The translations under genes were made by a program, and so were the position numbers. A model generated the notes under the pieces. It was given only the letters and a program-made list of their open reading frames with translations, did no database searches and had not been told where the DNA came from. This document shows, piece by piece, positions 32,472-41,453 of a DNA stretch of 64,000 bases. Positions within the stretch are counted from its first letter, which is position 1. The number at the start of each line of letters is the position of its first letter. The stretch is from contig CAWCNS010000007.1 in the NCBI GenBank assembly GCA_963796965.1, forward strand, positions 480,001 to 544,000, in the 5' to 3' direction. The stretch is from Calditrichia bacterium (GTDB lineage Bacteria; Calditrichota; Calditrichia; JAJRVZ01).

Positions 32472-32941
32472 CTAAAATGAGAAATTAAACAATGGAAAAA
32501 AAGGTAGAAATCCACCCTTTTTAATAATGTTGAGTAAACCAAGCTGTAAGCCATAGGCCGTATCGGTTACATTGACGATACCGAATTGTAATCCGCTCAT
32601 GTACCCGCTTACATTGACCGCCCCGGTCATAAGCCCTTTTACACTCCCCGTGGAGTAATTAAAGGCAGTGGCTGCCTGCCAGCCGGTGAAATCATCCTGC
32701 AGACCGACAAAACTCCACTGAACACCCTGTGACATCCCGCTGGTATTTTGGGTAACAATGCCGAGATCCAGGTATTGGGTTGTGGTATTCTTACCATAGA
32801 TGGCCAGCCGAAAGGCAGTAACCGCCTGATTTTCCGGCCGATCTGAACCGAGTTGATCAATGACAACTGAACAGCACCATCGGCATACATCGTTGAAGTC
32901 AGAGCCATCAGTACTGTTAAAATAATTACAATCTTCTTCAT
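32472..32941 (-). CDS. Small secreted glycine-rich repeat protein (LA_2272-like GxQxGxxN repeats), frameshifted
   Basis: Signal peptide, AVQLSLINSVQ, repeats GVQWSFVG / GWQAATAFN / GLQFGIVN / GLQLGLLN and C-terminal FFPLFNFSF. Confidence 0.65.
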
Positions 32942-33089
32942 CCTTACCTCCTTTTTAGACTGAAATATTTGAGTCGCAATTTTAACAACTCAGGATTGAT
33001 GACTTATATGGATATTGTGCAGCCTTTGCTGCACCATTATTTTGTGAGGTTCATCATGATTATAAGGTAATTCTAATTTAAATAGAATT

Positions 33090-33679
33090 CTACTTATCAC
33101 CTTCAATCTCAATTTCAAATCCATTGAGCAGATTGAGAACATCAGGTACAGAAAATTTTGCTTTCTTAATATTATTCAGTGTTGGATCAATATTATACCC
33201 ACTTGCTTTGCAAAACGATGCTTTTTCGAGGTTAGTGTTGTGAAATAAGGTATTTCTAAATTGAGACGCTTCAAATGATGCACCAGGCAAATAGGTGTTC
33301 TGAAAGAAACAGTCCACAATATCACATGTTAAAAAGTTGGCATTCTTCATTTTCATATCATTAAAGTTGCAATTGCTGATGATGCAATTATCAAAATTTG
33401 CATTAAAAGTAAAGTGACCACATTGAGTGAAGTTTAGCCCCATCAGTTTACTATGTTTAAATATAACATCATTGAATTTCGTTTGAGCAATTTGGGGATT
33501 TGTGAGGTCACATTCAAAAAACGTACAATTTTCAAAATCCGATCCGCTTATATCTGATTGGGTAAAATTACAATTTTTGAACTTGCAATCGATAAAGATA
33601 TATTTTTGGATAAATTTCTGCTTACAAAATCCTCATTAATAATTTCTATACTGCTATGTTCAGATAAACCAAACGCCAT
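33090..33679 (-). CDS. Pentapeptide repeat protein, frameshift near 33620
   Basis: Repeating F..C.F/A.F pentapeptides and C-terminal IDPTLNNIKKAKFS; ATG at 33679. Confidence 0.8.
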
Positions 33680-33788
33680 AAAGAATACCCTGTTTTATTA
33701 AATATTCAGTTATTCATGATTTGGATCTATGTACCCTCATTTATGTGTAACCACAATCAGGCTCCTCATATGTGAAAAGATAAAAGAC

Positions 33789-33958
33789 TAACCACTCCCA
33801 TAGGGATGCCTAGGGCAAAAGTTCACAAAGAAGGCACTAAGATCACAAAGTTTTTTATAATTTTTTTCTTTCAGTACTTTGCGCCTAAGAAATATAGGAG
33901 GATTTCGTCCCGATATATTTACATGATGCAGATATTTATATCGGGGTCTTTGTGGTTA
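33789..33958. repeat. CACAAAG/CTTTGTG trimer element with two inserted hairpins
   Basis: TAACCAC[TCCCATAGGGATGCCTAGGG]...CACAAAG..CACTAAG..CACAAAG ... CTTTGCG...[CCCGATAT...ATATCGGG]..CTTTGTGGTTA. Confidence 0.55.
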
Positions 33959-34185
33959 AAAAACAGATAAGTGTGCACACCACTTCAAAATTTCCTTGCA
34001 AAATATCCTCACTCTGACTACTTTAATATAACTCACATCTTTTAAAGAATATAGTAATCTCAGAAAACAAAAAAAATCTACACTTAAATTGATGAGGGAA
34101 ATTTGCATCATTTTCCTTAATATTTTGTTTGAAAGATTGAGAGATAAATTCTGACCTATTAATCAAATTATTCTGTGGAGCGAAG

Positions 34186-35505
34186 ATGAGAAATCAGATC
34201 AATAATTCGAAGACGGAACTAAAGCGAAGAGATTTTATAAAAATTTCTGCTCTTGCGGGTGCAGGGGCTGTGTTAGCCAGTAAAGGCATCGTTCATGCCC
34301 AGGGCTCAGATAAAATTAGAGTGGGGCTAATTGGTTGTGGAGGGCGCGGCACAGGGGCTGGTATCATTGATTGCGCCCAGTCCTCACCGGGAGTTGAACT
34401 GGTAGCCATTGGTGACCTGTTTCAGGACCATATTGATAAAGCGCCAGAGCAAATTATTGAAAATCTGCGGAAGAGAGATTTGCCAGCAGAAGAAATATAT
34501 AAAGTATCTCCGGAAGCAACATTTGTGGGTTTTGATGCCTATAAGAAAGTCATCGCCTCTGACGTGGATATGGTTATATTGACAACCCCACCAAACTTCA
34601 GACCCGAGCATCTTCGTGAAGCAGTATTAAATGACAAGCATGTATTTATAGAAAAACCAATTGCTGTGGATCCTATTGGAGTGCATTCCGTAATAGAAAG
34701 TTCTGAAATGGCCAAACAAAAAGGGCTCACCCTGGTGGCAGGCACACAGATGAGAAGATTGAAATCGTACCGTGAAACCATTCTAAGAATTCATGATGGT
34801 GCAATCGGAGAAATAAATGGTGGTCAATGCGTACGTTTCGGCGGTGCCATGCGGGATTGGAGAAGCGACGAAAGACTAAAGAATGCAGCGTGGTCTGAAA
34901 TGGAATATCATATTCGGCGTTGGTTATTCTGGACGTGGTTATCCGGTGATTTTATTGTAGAGATGCATGTACATAATTTGGATATCATGAACTGGATGTT
35001 AAATGCCCATCCTGTACAATGTATGGGCATTGGCGGCCGCCAGGCCCGAACCGGGTTTGAATATGGGAATGTCTATGATCATTTTACTTTGGAATATTTA
35101 TATCCCAATGATGTTAGAATTCAATATATGGGCGCACAGATTGATAGGATTAGCAACAGAAACGATCAATGGGTAAGCGGCAGCAAAGGATCGGCTTATC
35201 AATACGCCGGAAACGGTGTCATTAAGGGCGAGAATTCATATGAATTCCAGGGCGAACAGGTAAATCCGGCCGTGCTTGAATATACAGAGATGATCGACAG
35301 CATTCGACAAAATAAAGCAATCAATGAAGGACGCCAAATAGCAGAAAGTACCATGACCGCCATCCTGGGCCGCATGAGCGCCTATACAGGAAGAGCGATT
35401 AAGTGGGAGTGGGCGATGAAAGCTTCCAAACTGGATCTAAGCCCTGCAAAAATGGAATTCGGGGATTTGCCTGCAATGCCAGTGGCCGTGCCTGGGGATG
35501 ACTGA
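34186..35505 (+). CDS. Tat-exported Gfo/Idh/MocA oxidoreductase
   Basis: KRRDFIK twin-arginine signal, VGLIGCGGRGTGA, HVFIEKP and SGDFIVEMHVHNLD; possible frameshift in the last codons. Confidence 0.9.
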   Translation: MRNQINNSKTELKRRDFIKISALAGAGAVLASKGIVHAQGSDKIRVGLIGCGGRGTGAGIIDCAQSSPGVELVAIGDLFQDHIDKAPEQIIENLRKRDLPAEEIYKVSPEATFVGFDAYKKVIASDVDMVILTTPPNFRPEHLREAVLNDKHVFIEKPIAVDPIGVHSVIESSEMAKQKGLTLVAGTQMRRLKSYRETILRIHDGAIGEINGGQCVRFGGAMRDWRSDERLKNAAWSEMEYHIRRWLFWTWLSGDFIVEMHVHNLDIMNWMLNAHPVQCMGIGGRQARTGFEYGNVYDHFTLEYLYPNDVRIQYMGAQIDRISNRNDQWVSGSKGSAYQYAGNGVIKGENSYEFQGEQVNPAVLEYTEMIDSIRQNKAINEGRQIAESTMTAILGRMSAYTGRAIKWEWAMKASKLDLSPAKMEFGDLPAMPVAVPGDD

Positions 35506-35545
35506 GTTGAATATAATAGTAGCATTTTTAGAATAATTAAAATCA

Positions 35546-35632
35546 TTCCCCCTACGAAGGGGGTTAGGGGGATGTTATTACATAGATTAAAGTGAAATTA
35601 CATCCCCCTCAATCCCCCTATCAAAGGGGGAA
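35546..35632. repeat. CCCCCT...AGGGGG palindromic element
   Basis: TTCCCCCTACGAAGGGGGTTAGGGGGATGT ... ACATCCCCCTCAATCCCCCTATCAAAGGGGGAA. Confidence 0.75.
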
Positions 35633-35752
35633 GCGAGTCCTTGCTACACCAAGGATAGTGCTAATTAACCGCTATAGGAACACTCCCATATAATGGAAAT
35701 TTAAATCAGCAACCTTAAGTAAAATTGATAGAATTTTACATTAAAAAAAAGG

Positions 35753-37081
35753 ATGAAAAAAATGAAAAATGACTTAAAATATTATCTGGTTTTGATTTAT
35801 GGCTATATACTAATATTAAGTATTTATAACCCGTCATGGGCAGATGATACTTTCAAACCGCTTTTTAACGGTAGCACGTTAGAAGGTTGGACAAATGTTA
35901 ATTGTGCAGAAGAAACCTGGACCGTACGTGATGGTATGATCGTGTGCTCGGGGATACCTACGGGTATTTTGCGTACGGATAAACAATATGAAAATTATAT
36001 TCTGGAACTAGAATGGCGACATATGAAAAAAGGTGGTAATGCCGGTCTATTTATTCATTCCGATGCCCTGACAGCTCTTGGAAAACCCTTCTCTCGTTCC
36101 ACAGAATGTCAGATTTTGGATGGTAATGAAGGCGATATGTTTGCCATCCATGGGGCGACCCTCACCCCAGACAATCCTAAACCATCCAAGGGAGGCATGC
36201 GTGCCTACCCGAAAGAAAAAAGGATGAATCCCACCGGAGAATGGAATCATTACCGGGTTGAAAGCCGGGATGGCATCTTAACCCTCTCTGTCAATGGTGA
36301 GGTCGTGACACGCAGTTTCCATTTAAATCCCCGAAAGGGATATATTTGTCTGGAATCTGAGGGTAGTGAAATACACTTTCGCAATATCAGGATCCATGAA
36401 TTACCTTCATCAAATCCACCACCAGAATTAACAGCAAAATTGGACGAGGGATTCACATCCTTGTATAACGGATTGGATCTAAAGGGATGGAAACAGGTAC
36501 CTGGCAATGTCAACCATTGGCAGGCAAAAGATTGGACATTAGAATATGATGGTAAAAGTGAAGCAGAGGGTGAGGACAAACATTTGTGGACAGAAAAAGA
36601 ATATAGAAATTTTGTATTGATTGTAGACTGGCGGTTACCCCGCGAACCAGTCGTGGAGGCGGTACCGGTTATTCTTCCAGATGGGAACACGGCAACCGAT
36701 AATGATGGTACAGCCCTTTCGGTGCCTGTCCTTGATGCGGGTGACAGTGGCATCTATCTACGGGGTACATCAAAGTGTCAGATCAATATCTGGAACTGGC
36801 CGGTGGGCTCGGGAGAAATTTGGGGATATCGCACAGATAAATCCATGTCCAAGGCTGTTAGGAAAGGTGCCACACCTATGCTAAATGCTGATGATCTTGT
36901 AGGACAATGGAATCGTTTCAAGATTACATTAAAAGATGATAAAATCACCGTGATGGTCAATGGAAAAATGGTGATAAATCAAGCGCAACTGCCTGATCTG
37001 CCAGAAAGAGGCCCTATCGCCCTGCAGCATCATGGCGATCCGGTACAATTTGCCAATATATTTATCAAAGAACTTGATTAA
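35753..37081 (+). CDS. Secreted tandem DUF1080 (3-keto-disaccharide hydrolase-like) protein
   Basis: Two LFNG..L.GW...GNAG/GDSG...GEWN/GQWN...LESEG/LQHHG...F.NI.I.EL domains. Confidence 0.88.
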   Translation: MKKMKNDLKYYLVLIYGYILILSIYNPSWADDTFKPLFNGSTLEGWTNVNCAEETWTVRDGMIVCSGIPTGILRTDKQYENYILELEWRHMKKGGNAGLFIHSDALTALGKPFSRSTECQILDGNEGDMFAIHGATLTPDNPKPSKGGMRAYPKEKRMNPTGEWNHYRVESRDGILTLSVNGEVVTRSFHLNPRKGYICLESEGSEIHFRNIRIHELPSSNPPPELTAKLDEGFTSLYNGLDLKGWKQVPGNVNHWQAKDWTLEYDGKSEAEGEDKHLWTEKEYRNFVLIVDWRLPREPVVEAVPVILPDGNTATDNDGTALSVPVLDAGDSGIYLRGTSKCQINIWNWPVGSGEIWGYRTDKSMSKAVRKGATPMLNADDLVGQWNRFKITLKDDKITVMVNGKMVINQAQLPDLPERGPIALQHHGDPVQFANIFIKELD

Positions 37082-37180
37082 CTGGGTAAATTCATTTCAC
37101 GCAAAAACTTGCCCCAGCAATAGTGTAGTTATTCTGTTTTATGGTAACAGTTATGAGCTATCATTGTTAGATAAATTTAT

Positions 37181-37419
37181 CTCCCCATTAGAAGAGGGGG
37201 ACTAATGGGATGTTAAGTATAAGTTAAATAATTACAACCCCCTATCCCCCTTTATTGGGGCTGTTGCAGTTTAGATAATTATAGCAAAAATATGAGATTA
37301 TCTATTCGAATAAGCAAAATCTAATTCTCCCTTTCCAAGGGGGAGATCCCGTCATACGGGACTTCACTAAGGATTGTACAATTTATCCGATACTGCAACA
37401 GCCCCTATATAAGGGGGAA
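37181..37419. repeat. CCCCCT...AGGGGG palindromic element interrupted by a MITE-like insertion
   Basis: CTCCCCATTAGAAGAGGGGGACTAATGGGATGTT ... ACAACCCCCTATCCCCCTTTAT[insert]TATATAAGGGGGAA. Confidence 0.65.
37257..37405. mobile_element. 149-bp non-autonomous MITE-like element
   Basis: Perfect 14-bp terminal inverted repeats GGGGCTGTTGCAGT (37257-37270) / ACTGCAACAGCCCC (37392-37405); no ORF inside. Confidence 0.6.
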
Positions 37420-37503
37420 TTAGATCTTCGATTTAATGCAATATTATAGTATTTTTATAAATCAATTTGTTAACTCATTATAGCTATTCCTTACGTCACG
37501 ATC

Positions 37504-38397
37504 TCAAGGCTGATGGAAACTGGTACCAATAAATTTTAGGCCATCCTTAAGTCCGCTCCTCCAATAGGACCACTGGTGACGACCATCTCTTACCCTGTAT
37601 TCATGTGGTACATTCATATCTTTTAGCAGGATGTGAAACATTGAATTACCTCTATATAAAAAATCATCATCACCACAATCAATATACATCCTTACACTTC
37701 TTATTTTTTCTAAATTAGAGTTTTGCACGATATGAATTGGATTGTTGGATAAGAGGTGGTCTGTGATTCTCTTTTCTCCTTTTAGTGCCGGTCCATATAA
37801 AACAGCCAGCATATCCTCCCACTTCTCCTCAGCCATATCGGTAATATCTTTTTTTGTAAATACGGCTGCACTAAACGCTGCACAAGCAGTGAACATTTCA
37901 GGGTGTTTCAACGCATAGACCAAGGTACCATAACCTCCCATTGAGAGTCCTGCAACGCCCCGATATCGCTTTTCCGTTCGAACGCGATATTTTGATTCAA
38001 TATAGGGAATGAATTCTTTAAAGAAAAAATCCTCGTATCTAATGGAATTATCATAATTGTTTATATACCAGCTTACGCCGCCATCCGGCATAGCCAATAT
38101 CATTGGCGGTATCTCCCGTTTATCAATGGCTTCATCTGCAATCAAATGAGCTTCACCAAATTGCATCCAACCCATATCATTGTCAGTATAGCCATGTAAA
38201 AGGTAGGTAATGGGATAAAATCGATTCGAAGAATTGTAGTCAAAAGGTAAGTAAATAGTAAATCGTACATCTTTATTCAAGATTTTACTTTTAATAATTA
38301 ATCCCTCTTGTATCGTACCCCTGGAAATCTGTGCATAAAGGCTAGAGTTAATTAAAAATAAAATGATGGTAAAAAAAATAAACCTTGTCAATATCAT
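37504..38397 (-). CDS. Secreted alpha/beta-hydrolase esterase (CE1-like)
   Basis: IYLP, YLLHG, GLSMGG nucleophile elbow, DCGDDDFL and GRHQWSYW. Confidence 0.88.
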   Translation of the reverse strand: MILTRFIFFTIILFLINSSLYAQISRGTIQEGLIIKSKILNKDVRFTIYLPFDYNSSNRFYPITYLLHGYTDNDMGWMQFGEAHLIADEAIDKREIPPMILAMPDGGVSWYINNYDNSIRYEDFFFKEFIPYIESKYRVRTEKRYRGVAGLSMGGYGTLVYALKHPEMFTACAAFSAAVFTKKDITDMAEEKWEDMLAVLYGPALKGEKRITDHLLSNNPIHIVQNSNLEKIRSVRMYIDCGDDDFLYRGNSMFHILLKDMNVPHEYRVRDGRHQWSYWRSGLKDGLKFIGTSFHQP

Positions 38398-38536
38398 TAG
38401 ATCCTCCTAATCAAAGTCAAATGTCAAAATCTTCATGCCAAATCAATCCTCAATTACAAATTCCGAATTCCTAACCCCAAAATATCCTACTATTTTCTTG
38501 GCATATCTACTGTAACAAAATCGCTACTTATGGTTG

Positions 38537-39070
38537 TTATTTCTCTCTTATGTAATGCGTTTTTACGAGAGATTCTAAAAGTACCTCAGATTTGTATAAT
38601 TTGAATTCTAAAGATTTTACTAATTTACCAAATAAAGAGATACCATCACCTAATAGCACCGGAATGGTGGTGATAATTAATTCATCAATCAGATTTTCCG
38701 AGAGAAAGCTTTGTATTAAAGCCCCCCCATCAATATAGAGATTATTAAAACCTTTTTTAGCAAGATAATCGATAATATGAGGCGGCTTTAAATTTAAAAC
38801 TTCAGCCTTACCAGAATATTCTTCAGGTAGTTTGGTCAGGGTTGAACTGATAACATACACGGGTTTGGTATAAGGCCACATGCCAAAAGATTGTACCGTT
38901 TCAAACGTATTACGGCCCATGACAATAACATCAATTTTGCTCATGAATTCTGCAAACCCAAAGTCGCTCTTATCAGGATTTGGAATATCGTTTAACCAAT
39001 CAAGCCCGCCATTTTTATCAGCGATATAGCCATCGAGACTTTGGGCTATATAAACATATAAAGCCATCAT
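38537..39070 (-). CDS. Dihydrofolate reductase/RibD C-terminal family protein
   Basis: YIAQSLDGYIA, VMGRNTFE, YIDGG and IPVLLGDGISLF. Confidence 0.88.
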   Translation of the reverse strand: MMALYVYIAQSLDGYIADKNGGLDWLNDIPNPDKSDFGFAEFMSKIDVIVMGRNTFETVQSFGMWPYTKPVYVISSTLTKLPEEYSGKAEVLNLKPPHIIDYLAKKGFNNLYIDGGALIQSFLSENLIDELIITTIPVLLGDGISLFGKLVKSLEFKLYKSEVLLESLVKTHYIREK

Positions 39071-39175
39071 TATTCCTCTTATCTAAAGCCCTTACTCACA
39101 GAAATCAAGGTATTTCTAACCTGATATTATAAGAATATGTATAAATAGATACTTATATTCTAATACTCTAATCTG

Positions 39176-39245
39176 TGTCATTCTGTTAGAATCTTTCAGC
39201 ATTATGATGAATACCGTCAAGAAGGAAGATCCCTGCAGGATGACA
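39176..39245. repeat. GTCAT...ATGAC palindromic element (short form)
   Basis: TGTCATTCTGTTAGAATCT ... AGATCCCTGCAGGATGACA, followed by a heptamer tract (TTCCAAA TTCCTAA TTCCCAA TTCCAAA). Confidence 0.65.
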
Positions 39246-39306
39246 AGATGTAGAAAAAACAATTGCAACTTCCAAATTCCTAATTCCCAATTCCAAATTC
39301 CCCAAC

Positions 39307-40299
39307 TTATTTGACCAAACTGATCACACCCAGTTTCCAGGGGAGTGTTGAATAGGATACTTTTATATCCTTTTTCAGGATCCCCTGAATAAGCCAACGG
39401 CATTCATCCGGATCGTATTCCATTTGTTCGTTATAACCAGACCTGACTGCCTCACCATGAGATGCCATTTCTGTCCATATGCTAGATTTTTCAATGTATT
39501 TAAGCTGCGTACCTGTTACATATCGGTCGGTTATCCTTTTCCATGGCCCATTAAGATCCTTTGCAATTGCTTTTCCGAACGAGCGCATTCCATCATTGTT
39601 TAATTCGTAAATCATATGGTACTCTTCCTTGTCTTTTACCTTATAAATGTGCACAGCTTCATGAACATCATCAAATACCATCTTACTTTCACTCCAACCG
39701 CCCGGAAATGAGTCCAGACTTGTTGATCTAACTATAACCCTCTTGTGTGCCTGTGTATAAAAGAGATAGGCCTGTGAATCATCACAAATCACCCAGAAAT
39801 CGATCCATTTTTCCGGACTATCTTTGACGATAAGTGGTTTGGGTTTGCTCCAGGATTCGGGGTCTGAGATGGTGCCTGTAGTGGAAAAGGCTGGTTGATA
39901 ATTGGAATCACGATTCTGAAAGATCAGGTACCATTTGTTTTGAGGTTCATAATAGAATATTTGTGGCGCACAGCCGTATCTCGTCTTGCCCCTGATCATT
40001 TTGAGCTCATGTCTGGGGGCTGATTGCAGATCAGTCAGACTCTTAGCAGAAACATAGCCCGTGGTATATTCTTGCTGACTCCTCGCCGTGTAAAACAAAT
40101 GCCAGATTCCCTCAAAGAATACAATTGACGGATCTTTGACAGCAATTTCATCAAAAGAGCCGCTAGGCCCATGGAAGAATATCGGATCTCCGGCTTCCCA
40201 TTTATTTTCTGTGAATTTTCCCAATAGGAGAATACTAGATATCACTGCAAGGCATAGAATTATTCCAAAGGCGCTATATATAAATATTCTTAGTGTCAT
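39307..40299 (-). CDS. GH62-like alpha-L-arabinofuranosidase (5-bladed propeller)
   Basis: AVKDPSIV, WHLFYT, APQIFY, WIDFWVICD, HEAVHIYKV and SHGE..R motifs. Confidence 0.8.
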   Translation of the reverse strand: MTLRIFIYSAFGIILCLAVISSILLLGKFTENKWEAGDPIFFHGPSGSFDEIAVKDPSIVFFEGIWHLFYTARSQQEYTTGYVSAKSLTDLQSAPRHELKMIRGKTRYGCAPQIFYYEPQNKWYLIFQNRDSNYQPAFSTTGTISDPESWSKPKPLIVKDSPEKWIDFWVICDDSQAYLFYTQAHKRVIVRSTSLDSFPGGWSESKMVFDDVHEAVHIYKVKDKEEYHMIYELNNDGMRSFGKAIAKDLNGPWKRITDRYVTGTQLKYIEKSSIWTEMASHGEAVRSGYNEQMEYDPDECRWLIQGILKKDIKVSYSTLPWKLGVISLVK

Positions 40300-40348
40300 A
40301 ATTTTTTATTATTTGTAAAACCGGGCGTAATCCTCGGTCTATCTAATA

Positions 40349-40445
40349 TGTCATCCCGTCCCGGAACGGGATCGCGTCTCGGGAAAGGGATCTTTCTTCA
40401 CACTGAATATGAGTATGCAATAAGTAAGATTCCTCCGGAATGACA
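40349..40445. repeat. GTCAT...ATGAC palindromic element (reverse copy of 3704-3801)
   Basis: TGTCATCCCGTCCCGGAACGGGATCGCGTCTCGGGAAAGGGATCT...AGATTCCTCCGGAATGACA. Confidence 0.75.
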
Positions 40446-40514
40446 CAGAATAAAGACATTTTTTACCTACATGCAATATCTGATCAATTATCCCGGGCCT
40501 AGCATCTATTTGTG

Positions 40515-40572
40515 AATGACCTCCCCCATTATCCCCTCCTTAGTAAGGAGGGGGAAAAAGGGGGAGGTCATT
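40515..40572. repeat. CCCCCT...AGGGGG palindrome
   Basis: AATGACCTCCCCC...CCCCTCCTTAGTAAGGAGGGG...GGGGGAGGTCATT. Confidence 0.7.
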
Positions 40573-40610
40573 ACATTTTTCTTACTTTGGTATTAGTGCA
40601 ATGAACTCTA

Positions 40611-41336
40611 TTATTTTTTACAACCGGAATATACCACAAAACTGTAGTTCTGATACCAGCAATTTACTTCTGAGAATTTTGCATTTTTCAGCCAAATAAT
40701 TTGGTCGGACAAAGTTGATGGCTTATCTTCCTTAATACGCTCCAGGGCTGAAGATAGCACTAAATCTGTGACACCGCTATTCTTTACTTGTCTTAGCCAT
40801 GTGGATCTGAAAATGTTTTCAATATAAGGGGTTTCACCGAGAACCTGATCAGCGTTTATAAAAATACCGTCGTCATTAAGGCTCAAAAACAATTTCTGAA
40901 ACAATTGCTCTTTTTCAGCACCGGTTAAATGGTGAATGGATAATGCAGAAATTATAAGATCAAATTTTTCATTAATTACCTCTTTTGAATAATCTTTAAC
41001 CACATAAGTCACCTTCATATTCCTGTCTGAAAATCGGTTTTTTGCTTTTTCCAACATTTTTTTTGAAATGTCAATAAGTGTAAATTCTGCATTTGGGTAA
41101 AGATTTGCCACCAGAGAAGAAAAGAGACCTGTTCCTGCTCCTAAATCAAGAATTTTAAGCCTGGTTGTGGGCTGGTATGTGATAAGATCCAAGGCGGCAC
41201 CATACAAATCATCAAAGCAAGGAACGAGTTGAGTCCTGTATAGATCGTAATCGTTTGCACTATTATCAAAAGCCTGTTTGATATTCTGTGAATTACTCTG
41301 TGTTTCTCTGTGGTTAATCAACTTTTCATTCAGCAT
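40611..41336 (-). CDS. Class I SAM-dependent methyltransferase (CmoA-like)
   Basis: ILDLGAGTG, DISKKML, SALSIHH and GIFINAD; GAGG RBS before ATG 41336. Confidence 0.87.
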   Translation of the reverse strand: MLNEKLINHRETQSNSQNIKQAFDNSANDYDLYRTQLVPCFDDLYGAALDLITYQPTTRLKILDLGAGTGLFSSLVANLYPNAEFTLIDISKKMLEKAKNRFSDRNMKVTYVVKDYSKEVINEKFDLIISALSIHHLTGAEKEQLFQKLFLSLNDDGIFINADQVLGETPYIENIFRSTWLRQVKNSGVTDLVLSSALERIKEDKPSTLSDQIIWLKNAKFSEVNCWYQNYSFVVYSGCKK

Positions 41337-41453
41337 GGAGTGACCTCGTTAAACGGGGCAGCCCAAAAGGACGTGGCCGAGGTTGTTAAATACGTATTTA
41401 ATTCTCAACTGGATACTCTTGACAATCCTGGCCTCTGCAACCCTTTCAGATAT

